Below, piece after piece: positions 1 to 9,500 of a stretch of 64,000 nucleotides of DNA. A program made the translations under genes and the position numbers. Each line of letters opens with the position of its first letter. The first letter of the stretch is position 1. This stretch comes from a virus (Duplodnaviria; Caudoviricetes): IMG/VR virus record IMGVR_UViG_3300032240_001498, positions 32,001-96,000 of that record; one strand, 5' to 3'. Under the pieces are notes generated by a model. That model saw only the letters and a program-made list of their open reading frames with translations, had not been told where the DNA came from and did no database searches.

Positions 1-1247
1 CTTAAGAACATGCCTGGGAACGTTTCTTCGCCTAGCTCGTTGATGGCTACTAGAGCACCTTCACCTAGTGTATTATTTTCTACTGAATAGTATATGGTAC
101 TTTGTACGCCTTTTTCGATACAGGCATCATCAATAAATCTACACATGTCTCGTAGGATTTTAACTTGACTTTGTACAGGTGTAAGATTGTGGTGCCATTC
201 TCCTACTTGTATTAGACTTGGTAATTCTGTTACTTCAATGGCCGCATAATTGCCGCCTGTGCCTAGTGCAGGATCTAGACTTAGGATATACGTGGATTTA
301 GGATCAATCTTTTTGTACCAACGTGCTTGACCCATTTTCATAGTTGGCTCGTTTCCTACCATAGCCGCTAGGTGAATACTGTTGATCAGCGTTTCGTCGT
401 ATACTAGAAACTCGCAACCGTATTCTCGACGGAAGCGTTCTTCACCGATACGCCCTCTTTCTACATCGGCCCATGCGTCATCGCGATCCGGGTGATCTGA
501 CCAGTGGCTTGTATATGCATGGAATCCGTTAACACCTAGATTGTCTTCTTTTTGGTTTCCAAACTCATCTTCAGTTTTGATAGCACCAAACCATATTTCA
601 GCAAACTGATCTTCGTCTGAGTTAGGAGTTGAAGTGATAATTGCTTTACCACCAGTTGCCAGTGTAGGAGATATCGAAGTCCAGAATTCTTTACCAATAT
701 TATCAGGAACGAAGGCAAACTCGTCACAGTATAAGAGTGATATAGACATACCACGACCTGTGTTTTCTGTAGTTGTCTGCGCTACGATACGTGAGTCATT
801 GTCAAACTCGATTGACTGTTTATTATAACTTTTAACACCACAGCGAATATGATTAGGGCAAGTTTCATATGCATAGCGTAGGCGTTGCATAATTTCTTGT
901 GCGCCAGTGTACTTGTGTGCGGCGATAAGAATAGTAACGTTGGGATTAAACATAGCATACCAGAGCAAGTACCCCACTGCTGTAGTTGTTTTACCACTTT
1001 GTCGTGGTAGCATGTTTACGTTAAATCTATACTCGTGTAGGCTATCTACAAGACGATCTTGATACTCATATGCTTCGTATTGTATTTGCCCACGAGTTGG
1101 GTGCTGGATATAGAAGAACTTTTTAAGGAAATATTTGTGACCAGTATCAAGGTCTGAACACAACCGCAAATCAACAATATCCTGCTCTGAATATTTCAAA
1201 GTCTTATTGGCTGTTTTGATTAGGTTGTTACTATTGGATAAACTCAT
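1..1247 (-). CDS. gp17: Terminase large subunit (T4 gp17-like), 3' end runs off the window
   Basis: Not in the ORF track. Manual translation from the ATG at 1247 (MSLSNSNNLIK...) is open to position 1. It contains Walker A NMLPRQSGKTT, Walker B LLYCDEFAFV, the coupling motif IITSTPN and the nuclease motif YILSLDPALGTG. Confidence 0.95.
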   Translation of the reverse strand, partial: MSLSNSNNLIKTANKTLKYSEQDIVDLRLCSDLDTGHKYFLKKFFYIQHPTRGQIQYEAYEYQDRLVDSLHEYRFNVNMLPRQSGKTTTAVGYLLWYAMFNPNVTILIAAHKYTGAQEIMQRLRYAYETCPNHIRCGVKSYNKQSIEFDNDSRIVAQTTTENTGRGMSISLLYCDEFAFVPDNIGKEFWTSISPTLATGGKAIITSTPNSDEDQFAEIWFGAIKTEDEFGNQKEDNLGVNGFHAYTSHWSDHPDRDDAWADVERGRIGEERFRREYGCEFLVYDETLINSIHLAAMVGNEPTMKMGQARWYKKIDPKSTYILSLDPALGTGGNYAAIEVTELPSLIQVGEWHHNLTPVQSQVKILRDMCRFIDDACIEKGVQSTIYYSVENNTLGEGALVAINELGEETFPGMFL

Positions 1248-1252
1248 ACGTT

Positions 1253-1258
1253 TATTTA
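1253..1258 (-). promoter_or_regulatory. T4-like late promoter core TAAATA, 5 nt before the terminase ATG
   Basis: AGTAAATA-AACGT-ATG on the minus strand. The same motif recurs upstream of many genes in the window. Confidence 0.6.
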
Positions 1259-1261
1259 CTG

Positions 1262-1289
1262 AAAAAAATAGGCTCCGAAGAGCCTATTT
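1262..1289 (-). terminator. Intrinsic terminator with C(UUCG)G loop
   Basis: The minus strand reads AAATAGGCTC-TTCG-GAGCCTATTT followed by a T tract, just after the stop of 1305..2048. Confidence 0.8.
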
Positions 1290-1304
1290 GGTAAGTTACT
1301 GTTT

Positions 1305-2048
1305 TTAGATATTCTTAATAAAGCCTTGATATTCTTGGAATAGCTTCTGTGTCATGTCTACTAATGTATCTTCTTGTACAGGAGCCTCTTCGTGAGCCAC
1401 TGCTTCTGGTAAGTTGTTGTTAGCTGGAGTAGATGTGTAATCAAAATTGCGTACTTTGTTTAAGATGTTTGCAAAATCGTTTGGATTGTAATCTCTAGTT
1501 TGTTCTTGTGGACTGTTATCAAATTGACGTAAACTTTCTAAGCCTAATTCATCTTTGCTTGTGCCTGATAATTGGTCAGCCATGTCAGTTACTTCATCGG
1601 CCATTTGACCAACGTCTTGTGTGCCGCCTGGACCTGCTGTGCCTAATTCTGCGCCAGTGTCGCCCATGTCCATACCTTCGTCATCCATGCCTGCGATTGC
1701 ATCAATAGCAGATCTCATGTCGCCGTCAGTATCTTGGCCAGGTGCACCAGTTAGTGGATGCTCTTGTGGATTGATATCCTTTGGACCAACTTCCTTCATA
1801 CCCGCTAGGTTTAGGATGTCGCGTAGCATTGTGCTAACTTCGTTACCGTTTGCGGCAGAAGCATTAATGCTAAAACTTGCAGGAACCGACGGAGCCGATG
1901 TAGGAGCCATAATTGGCATACCAGCTTCGGCAGCGATAGATTCTGTAATGACCGCAACTGTTGGATCATTGGCCATTTGAACCATTGGCTTTGGTGAGTT
2001 GGCCTCATCTAGTTCAGCTAACTTTTTTAGTACGTCGATCATTTGCAT
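1305..2048 (-). CDS. Acidic low-complexity protein, possibly a prohead/internal head protein
   Basis: The start MQMID at 2048 is preferred because AGGAAG lies upstream. The protein is D/E/G/A rich and has an RDILNLAGM motif resembling the scaffold C-terminus DIRKLAGL. Confidence 0.6.
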   Translation of the reverse strand: MQMIDVLKKLAELDEANSPKPMVQMANDPTVAVITESIAAEAGMPIMAPTSAPSVPASFSINASAANGNEVSTMLRDILNLAGMKEVGPKDINPQEHPLTGAPGQDTDGDMRSAIDAIAGMDDEGMDMGDTGAELGTAGPGGTQDVGQMADEVTDMADQLSGTSKDELGLESLRQFDNSPQEQTRDYNPNDFANILNKVRNFDYTSTPANNNLPEAVAHEEAPVQEDTLVDMTQKLFQEYQGFIKNI

Positions 2049-2049
2049 G

Positions 2050-2637
2050 TTATTTCTTCCTTGGATCATAGTCCGTTTCTTGGATTGGACTTGTGTTATT
2101 TTGAGGAACGTCGTTAGTTGTTTTCCCGTCTACTGAACTTGGAATAACTTCGCCTCTTTCTTTACGCATGGCCTTAAGGTCATCGTTCAATGTCTTTACA
2201 AGACTTGTATTGTATTCAGTGCCATAGTATGACTTGGTGTCTATTTTTGCCACTTCTGTATAATCTGGATCTTGTAGTAATGCGCCTTCACGCTTGTCAT
2301 GTGGTGCCTGGTACGCTTCTGTCGGCTCACCTGGTTTACGGACAACAACATAGTCGGGTCCTTTTTCAATACCAGCTGAAATATATTCGTGTAGTTCATA
2401 CGATGTAGTTGGATACTCTAACGCAACTTCGTATACTGTAACTTGTGAATTACGAATCTTTGGAAAATCTAGCGGTAAAGATTGAATTGGTGATGTGCCT
2501 GTTTTTTTGAAACTTGATACAACAAAGCGTTCTAGCATTTGCTTTAATTTGTCTTCGCCAGCAAACTCTCCTGCGATCTTAATTTTAAAATCGTAGAGCT
2601 TTTTGCTTTCGCTAAGGTATTCTTTAAATGTTTTCAT
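2050..2637 (-). CDS. Hypothetical protein with a T4 capsid-targeting-like N-terminus
   Basis: 195-aa ORF beginning MKTFKEYLSE, with TAAATA and an AGGA SD upstream. Confidence 0.7.
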   Translation of the reverse strand: MKTFKEYLSESKKLYDFKIKIAGEFAGEDKLKQMLERFVVSSFKKTGTSPIQSLPLDFPKIRNSQVTVYEVALEYPTTSYELHEYISAGIEKGPDYVVVRKPGEPTEAYQAPHDKREGALLQDPDYTEVAKIDTKSYYGTEYNTSLVKTLNDDLKAMRKERGEVIPSSVDGKTTNDVPQNNTSPIQETDYDPRKK

Positions 2638-2653
2638 AGTTTATTCCTACCCT

Positions 2654-3136
2654 TTATTTATCCATGTTTTTAAGTTTTGCTATGAGACTGTTACGGTCAG
2701 CAATCACATAACCTTCACCTGCAACCACGCTATTTCCGTCATTAGGGTTATCTTTTTTGTCAATTGCCAGCTTTTTAAGCTGTAATTCCACCATTTTTAG
2801 CTTCTTATCAATCTTTGCTGACTTAGCTGTAATAGCGGCGGTAAGCATATTGCCCGCAACTTCAAACATTCGAGTACTATAACGGGCTTCTACATTCATA
2901 CCTAAATCATATATGTCATCAAATGCTTCTTCTGCTTTTTTAGCCAGTGCATCTAGCTCACTGTCACTGATATCGCCCAGGCCCTTGACCTGCGGAAGGG
3001 CCGCTGAGATTTTGTCAAATTCGTCTAGAGTAGCTTGTAGATTCACATGAGCAGGAGGGCTTGCTACTGGAGGTAACTCTACAGGCTTTTCGTCTGCAGG
3101 AGCAATGTTTAATAATTCTTCAAGTTTCTTAGTCAT
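2654..3136 (-). CDS. gp16: Probable terminase small subunit (gp16-like)
   Basis: The helical segment RMFEVAGNMLTAAITAKSAKIDKKLKMVELQLKK resembles the RAYEVAGQLIK...KLMDLQKK pattern of T4-like small terminases. It lies near gp4 and gp17. Confidence 0.6.
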   Translation of the reverse strand: MTKKLEELLNIAPADEKPVELPPVASPPAHVNLQATLDEFDKISAALPQVKGLGDISDSELDALAKKAEEAFDDIYDLGMNVEARYSTRMFEVAGNMLTAAITAKSAKIDKKLKMVELQLKKLAIDKKDNPNDGNSVVAGEGYVIADRNSLIAKLKNMDK

Positions 3137-3149
3137 AACATTACTTATT

Positions 3150-3587
3150 TTATTTCTTCCCAGTATGGAAAATATCGTTCTCGTTTAAGACCCTAAATTT
3201 CATGCCTCTAGATTTGGCCCACTGCGTTGCTACCTGCCATTTGGCTTGATTCTTTACAAACTGCGCTTGGTTATAGGGATTTTTTCCAACTTTTTCAAGT
3301 ATTTGCTGATTGGCTGGTTTTATTTCCCATAGCTCAATGTGCTTCTTTTCCTGCTTGTCTTCAAACATTACTAGGAAGTCAGGAACATATACAGTCTGCT
3401 TGCCAGTAAGCGGATCTCTGTAGGGAATTCTAACAGGTTCGCTGGCCCACTGTTGTATAGCTGGATTATTATCACACATACGCATGACTGCAATTTCCCA
3501 ACTACTGCGGTAGATGGGCACAGTTGAGCCTATGTATTTTTCAGGGTTTTTTAAATTGTATTGACCCTTGGCAAACTTTAAACTCAA
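3150..3587 (-). CDS. gp4: Head completion nuclease (T4 gp4-like, TnsA-N fold)
   Basis: Motifs KNPEKYIG, YRSSWE, WASEPVRIPY, YVPDF, EIKP, and KWQVATQWAK...F.VLNE. Confidence 0.9.
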   Translation of the reverse strand: MSLKFAKGQYNLKNPEKYIGSTVPIYRSSWEIAVMRMCDNNPAIQQWASEPVRIPYRDPLTGKQTVYVPDFLVMFEDKQEKKHIELWEIKPANQQILEKVGKNPYNQAQFVKNQAKWQVATQWAKSRGMKFRVLNENDIFHTGKK

Positions 3588-3964
3588 GATAGGATCTCTC
3601 TAGTAACTGACGGAGTAGTTCCGTAGGCCGCACTCTGACCAAGGAAGCTGGTTTTAAATCTATTAAAATTTAAAATTTCTGTAACCAGTGCGTTTAGTTG
3701 TATACCATCTAATCCTTGAATGTTTTCTAGAACCTGCATGGGATTGTAATCATCAATAGATGCTTGATACAAAATAACATAGGCAATGGTATCTGATGCA
3801 ACATCACTAAATCCATTGCTACCAAAAAATCCTTTTAATGCATCATATACTCCTGCATTGATGGGAAGATTTACATTATAAAAATTATTGATAATATTTT
3901 TAGTAGCAGATGCGCTATCTCCATTTGCAACATCTATTTGCGGAATGTTTGTATATATTTTCAT
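3584..3964 (-). CDS. Hypothetical structural-region protein
   Basis: 126-aa ORF coupled to both neighbours (4-nt overlap with gp4, TAATATG junction upstream). Confidence 0.65.
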   Translation of the reverse strand: MKIYTNIPQIDVANGDSASATKNIINNFYNVNLPINAGVYDALKGFFGSNGFSDVASDTIAYVILYQASIDDYNPMQVLENIQGLDGIQLNALVTEILNFNRFKTSFLGQSAAYGTTPSVTREILS

Positions 3965-3965
3965 A

Positions 3966-5825
3966 TTAGTTGTTTATCGCCGTAGGTGGACCTAATTTGT
4001 ATTGTGGCTTCTGATCAACTCCATCTTGATATAACGGAACTGAGTCTAGCGTAGATTTAACTACTGGTCTACTGGTAGTTTCAATAATTTTAGTGATACC
4101 ATTAGTAACTTCAATTGTTTTAATTGTCCGGCTTCCGTCGGCATTAATGGTTAACGTTTGATTTGGGTCTAATCTGGCCTGGATGGCTTCTTGTTCGTTT
4201 GTAAGAATTTGTTGAGCATTTCCTAAGGATGTTCTTTCTGTACCGGATAATTTTGATTGCAATGCCTCTGACGCTGTTATGTTTTCTTGTATTGCATACT
4301 TATTGTCTGTAATTGCCTGTAGTTGCGCACCATATTGACTAGGAGCAATATAACCCTGAGCGGCATATTGTTCTCGAACTGCTATCCCTGCCGCGGCGCC
4401 GTCTGCCGCAATGGCTTTGTTAACTGCGGCATCGACTTCGACTTGTTTAGCTGTGGCTTCTTGAATTTTGGTCAATAATTCTGCTTCCTTGGTATTCTGT
4501 TCATCAAGGGCGTTTTTCAATGCAGTTGGAGTATCTAGTTGATCAAAATCGGCTCCGCTAAGAACCAAATCATTTGCCTTCAATGCGGCTGGAGTACCTT
4601 CATAAAAACTTTTGCCAGGCTGGAGACCAAAGTCTTCGCTTGAAGCCGCTTGAACTTGATTTGGCTGGAAGTTTACCCCATTTAATAATGTTCCTGTTTG
4701 TGGTCCAAATCCCAACGACTTTCCTAGTGAACCTAGTCCACCACCGATTATGCCTCCAAGTAGTCCACTGCCCGGTCCACCGCCCGCAATGGCTCCTTTA
4801 ATTGCACTATTTAAAATGCTTTGGCCTTCTGCTTTAAGAGATGCGTCCGATATATTTTTGTAATTTCTTATCAGATTAGATCCTTGAATTCCTATACTGG
4901 CGATAGACCCTAGTGAGCTGATCGAATTGCCGCTTAGTAGTTTGTCAGTCTGTCCAAATAGATCTTGCGTGCCTGATAGGATACCACCAGGTCCAAATAT
5001 ACTTGAATTACCTCCGCCTGCAATGCTTAATGGACTAGGTGTTAGATCATAATGGAATGTGGCAAAACCTGATGGTTGGTCTCTTGACACACGACCTTCG
5101 CCATAGAATACAGTTTCATATCCTAGGGTACATCTACTCTGTGCAAATTTATTACCCGATGATTGATCAAGCTGATCGTGTTCCCAACTTTCAAATAATG
5201 GATTTACTAGAACATAACTGGTGAAGCGTTTTGCATTTAGTTGATATATTGTTACAGCATTGAAAAAGGGAACACTTTGATTATTGTTCAATCCAAATTT
5301 TCCTGCGCCTCCAGGTCGACCTGTTGGATCTTTAAGGGAAGGGCCGGTCTGATACTTTGTATTTCCGTAGTTTGATTTTGTCTTGTCGCCTGTACCAAAT
5401 TGACTGTTTGTTTTTACTGTCTGTCCCCACCAAGTATCTCTGTAGTAGTATCTAAAATAGTTAACCCACAAGCTGTTTGTAACGTTACTCATGTCATCAT
5501 GGAACGTCATTGATATCGGCTCGTAGCTAATTTTTTGTTGTATCAGTGTTTTTCTATTATATTGATTCAGTGTTTCGACTTGTATTTTAAACTTTGGCAG
5601 GTCAACGGCTTTGACTAACATACCTGCTTCGTAACCTCGCTTTTGTTCGTTCCACTGTACTTCTGATATTGCGGCTGGGTTGATTGAAAACACCACATAA
5701 TAGATCCAACTGGTCTTTGGAGCAAGGGCAAATGTGTCGTCAAGATATAGGCGACTGGCATGAGCATAATCATGCATGTTACCTTGATTTGTAAAACCTG
5801 AGAGATATTCAACTATGGATGGCAT
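3966..5825 (-). CDS. Tail-tube-fold baseplate protein (gp48/gp54-like) with a long C-terminal extension
   Basis: The N-terminal LVKAVDLPKFKIQVETLNQYNRK...YEPISMTFHDD has a gp19-type signature. It is followed by a Gly-rich segment and an Ala/Gln-rich helical region, and sits directly downstream of the tube gene. Confidence 0.65.
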   Translation of the reverse strand: MPSIVEYLSGFTNQGNMHDYAHASRLYLDDTFALAPKTSWIYYVVFSINPAAISEVQWNEQKRGYEAGMLVKAVDLPKFKIQVETLNQYNRKTLIQQKISYEPISMTFHDDMSNVTNSLWVNYFRYYYRDTWWGQTVKTNSQFGTGDKTKSNYGNTKYQTGPSLKDPTGRPGGAGKFGLNNNQSVPFFNAVTIYQLNAKRFTSYVLVNPLFESWEHDQLDQSSGNKFAQSRCTLGYETVFYGEGRVSRDQPSGFATFHYDLTPSPLSIAGGGNSSIFGPGGILSGTQDLFGQTDKLLSGNSISSLGSIASIGIQGSNLIRNYKNISDASLKAEGQSILNSAIKGAIAGGGPGSGLLGGIIGGGLGSLGKSLGFGPQTGTLLNGVNFQPNQVQAASSEDFGLQPGKSFYEGTPAALKANDLVLSGADFDQLDTPTALKNALDEQNTKEAELLTKIQEATAKQVEVDAAVNKAIAADGAAAGIAVREQYAAQGYIAPSQYGAQLQAITDNKYAIQENITASEALQSKLSGTERTSLGNAQQILTNEQEAIQARLDPNQTLTINADGSRTIKTIEVTNGITKIIETTSRPVVKSTLDSVPLYQDGVDQKPQYKLGPPTAINN

Positions 5826-5830
5826 ATAGA

Positions 5831-5836
5831 TATTTA
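5831..5836 (-). promoter_or_regulatory. Late promoter core TAAATA, 5 nt before ATG 5825
   Basis: ACTAAATA-TCTAT-ATG, with no SD in between. Confidence 0.6.
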
Positions 5837-5841
5837 GTCGT

Positions 5842-5870
5842 AAAAAAACCTGGAGGTAAATCCAGGTTTT
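5842..5870 (-). terminator. Intrinsic terminator after the tail tube gene
   Basis: AAAACCTGGA-N6-TCCAGGTTTT inverted repeat, followed by T7 on the minus strand. Confidence 0.8.
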
Positions 5871-5887
5871 TGTATTTTACTAATAGA

Positions 5888-6514
5888 TTAGCCTGTAGCC
5901 AATGTACCTAGTGTACGTCCAACTGCTACGCCAATACCGATTGGGTTACCAGTAACGTCTGTTTGGATCGCGTTATCGTAGGCGATAGATAATGTGATAT
6001 CCATAGCATCTGAAGAACTATAATCGCCTTGTTGATATTGTGCTTGTTTTACATAGCAACCTAACAATTCAAATGTTTCTAATACGTTAGGAGTATATGC
6101 ACCATTACCACCGTCAAGGATTTCAATCTTTGTAGTAAATTTATAATCAATACCAGAAGCCGCAACTGCTTGTTCAAAGAAGTCAAATTGTTTCTGTAAT
6201 TGCTCACCAACTAATCTGCTGACAGCACCTGTAACATCATCACGTACAACTAATTGGATATCTTCCCACTTGTGCTTACCGGCGTATTTTACACGACTGT
6301 TATAAACATGTAGTTCAACTTCGTCAAAACTCAAGTTAGGACGACCAACTGTTACGACCTGTTTAGTCATTTCTGAAGTAGGTTTTGATACTCCAAAATT
6401 TTCTAATGTTACACGAAATCTGTACTTTAACTTAGGCATCAACAAGCCTTGGCTTGTTGAACTTTGACCTGGGGGTAGTGGTACAGATAATTTACTTAAA
6501 CTTGCAATAGCCAT
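5888..6514 (-). CDS. gp19: Tail tube protein
   Basis: Motifs PKLKYRFRVT, GRPNL, YAGKHKWEDIQLVVRDD and FELLGCY..QAQY. It is directly downstream of the sheath gene, with an AGGAG SD. Confidence 0.9.
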   Translation of the reverse strand: MAIASLSKLSVPLPPGQSSTSQGLLMPKLKYRFRVTLENFGVSKPTSEMTKQVVTVGRPNLSFDEVELHVYNSRVKYAGKHKWEDIQLVVRDDVTGAVSRLVGEQLQKQFDFFEQAVAASGIDYKFTTKIEILDGGNGAYTPNVLETFELLGCYVKQAQYQQGDYSSSDAMDITLSIAYDNAIQTDVTGNPIGIGVAVGRTLGTLATG

Positions 6515-6552
6515 TTAATATGCTCCTTGTTCTATGTTATTTACCATTCCCA

Positions 6553-9500
6553 TTAGCCCTTTGATACCTGGCCAAAGTTTCCTGATTTAATTGCGCCGGT
6601 GTTAAGCAAGCGAACTGGAATGTAGATAAATTCAACTGCTTTAACTGGTTCTATCGCAATATCAACCCATAATTCAGAACGATCAATACGTGCTGTAGTG
6701 TTATTGCTTGTGTCGCATACAACGATAAAGTCATATAGGGCACGTTGTCCAACCAACTCTAATAAGAAACTTTCAACTGCGTTCTTAACTTCGTTGCGTG
6801 TTAGCTGATCATTTGGTTCGAACAAGTATGGACGAACAAGTAGATCTAACTGACGACGAACATAAGCTACTAAGCGAGCTACGTTGATACGGTCCAGCGC
6901 ACTTGTGCTGTTGCTTCTGCTGTAGTTACCAAAGTTTAAAATACCAGAACCATTTAGTGTGGCAATTGGGTTAATTCTAACTGTTTGTAACGCCATTACA
7001 TCACGTACACCTTGTGGCAATGCTGATGGAACAAAGTCACCTTCTGCATTAACATAACCAACTGATGTAGCATTATCTACACCACCACGGCGAACCCCTG
7101 CTGGAGCAAACCATTGATATGACTTAGAGTCACTGTTGATAAATGTGCGTAGCATCATGTGGCTTGGCGGAACAACAATATAGTTACCTGCATTATCGTT
7201 TGCATAACCACTTGGATAGAACAATGCTGTGTAGTCGTCGCGTGTTACTGCGCCGTCTTCGCCGTTGTCCACTGCTTTTGCAGAGTTATTGCCATATGCC
7301 TGAAGTGCTGTACCAGTTGCCTGTAAGCGGAATGGTGTATCACCGATAACAAATGCTGTCTGTGCGCGGTCTGCGTTTAGTGCAACCATGTTTGAGATTG
7401 CTTCAGGATAGCCTGGGCAAGCCATTAGGTTGAATACCAATGTATCTGTATCTTTCAATGCGTTATTGGTGTCAATTAATGATTTGAATGATTTAACAAC
7501 AAATCCGCGTTGTGCATGACGACCAAATGTGCCTGAACCGTCTGCATTGTTAGGACTTACTGTGACCCAACGTGCTGTGTTGTAGGCTGTTGTGGCATTT
7601 GATCCGTCCATTGGGTCACCTGTACGAATATTAACACCGTTATTGTCGTTAATATTGATATAGTTTGCAATGTATTGTTTTACATTGTAACCAGAACGGC
7701 GTAGATTCCATAGGCGTGTACCACGTGGGTATTGAGCAGGATCTGGAGCATCAGGATCAACGAAATCGCTGGCCAACAACTGTGGAAGTGTTCCTGCTGT
7801 TGTTGCGTAACCGTTTGCGGCCCAACGTGCATCGTGGAATACCCAACCATTTGGACTTGTTTGATCTGTAGGATCTTGTGCTTCCCACTTTAATGTATTA
7901 CCATTGTAAACATAGAAGTCCTTACCGTACATATCCATGTCGCCTGTTTGGATCCAGATGTCTCCGTTCTCTAGTGCAGTACCATCGCTTTGTGTAACAG
8001 GTTGTGTTACTGAAATAATAGGACCTGCAGGATCTGTTGCTGGGAAAGCATTCTTGTAACCAGTCCATTTTGTACCGTTGTGATACATGATGTCAACGGT
8101 ACTGAATACGTTACTGTACCATAATGTACTGTCAGCTGGTCTAGCTGTAGGAGCTGTCTTCGATGATGTAAACACTAAAGGAGCCCAGTTACTTGCTTTG
8201 AATGTGTAACCGTCAACTTCTTTTGTACCTGCGGCATAGAAGTTTGTAGTACCAGTCCATGTGTCAGCAAGAGTGTTGTAGGTGTAAGGAGCGAATCCTG
8301 CGGTAGATAAAATATTACCTGGATCTCTAAATTTAATCTCTCCACCAGCAGAGTGTACTATAGAAACAGTACCGTCTGCATTTAGAACAGCGGAAGTATA
8401 TTCAAACCCACCGGCGTTAATTGCAGTAACTAACGCAGACAATGTTGTACCAACTAGGGTAATTGCTGTTTCGTGCTCTAGCATTGAAGAACTTGTACCG
8501 CTTTCTTTGATTGTTAGAACTGCACCATTAGGTAGTGTAGGTGCAGGTGACAATGAAGTGCTGGTAATTGTTGTAGGAGCAACTGCTGAGCGTCTCCAAA
8601 TACGGAAGTCTGCAAAAGAAGCAAAATTGCTTGATGTAGTAGCAGTACCGTTACCGTGGTTGAAATTACTTTCAACAAATAATGTACCTACAGCGATCTT
8701 TGCACCACCTGATGTTTTATCTAGATTATAATTTGCTGTCTGTGCATCAGGATAAACTTGCGCAGAAATCTGTGTCCAATTTTGTGCAGTAGCATTGTAT
8801 TGTTTTACAATCCAAGTTGCACCTTGATCGGGACTGGTTGTTTTGACGTAGACAGAGCCACTTGGTCTTGCACTAAAATCTGGATATTGTGTATGTGGAC
8901 CAACAAATAGCTGTGGGCCATAATATGCCTTGGCTGAGTAGCCTAATGCAGATAGTGTGCTGTTAGTACCACCAATTGTAACTGTTCCAGGATTAGCATC
9001 AGCATAGATGTTTAGTTTACCTGCTTCGGCTTTAGCACCAATACCACTTGTGTGTAGTGTGCTGTTGATGCTTGCGGCAATAGTTGCAACAGTAGAAGCT
9101 GTGCTTACTGCAACAGTGGTACCGTTAATGATCAACGAGCCAGATGCTGTGGCAAAACTTGGATTAGTTGTAGTACCTGCGACTGTTGGGTAGCTTGTTA
9201 CCCATACTGTTGATTTAAATGTGCTTACGTTTGCGTTTGTAGCAAATGCTGTTTCGCCTGAGCTACCAACTTTTACCCAGTTACCGTCTTGATTCTTGTA
9301 TTGGGTTTCATTTGTGTTGCCGTGGTCGGTACAGATTGCATATGAACCTAATGCACCAAATCCTGGTTGAATTGTTACACCGTCATTGTTGACTGTTGAA
9401 ATTGCAGAATTAGACGAATCAATGATAGTTAAATTTTGTACACTGAATGAGCCTGCATTTGCGTCCCACTCAAACACGCCAAATCTAGTATTTGTAGTGT

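Noticed and set aside
536-997. Short ORF-track entries 536..754, 634..828 and 782..997
   Set aside because: They lie within the terminase large subunit frame (1247 to <1), which the track missed because it has no stop inside the window.
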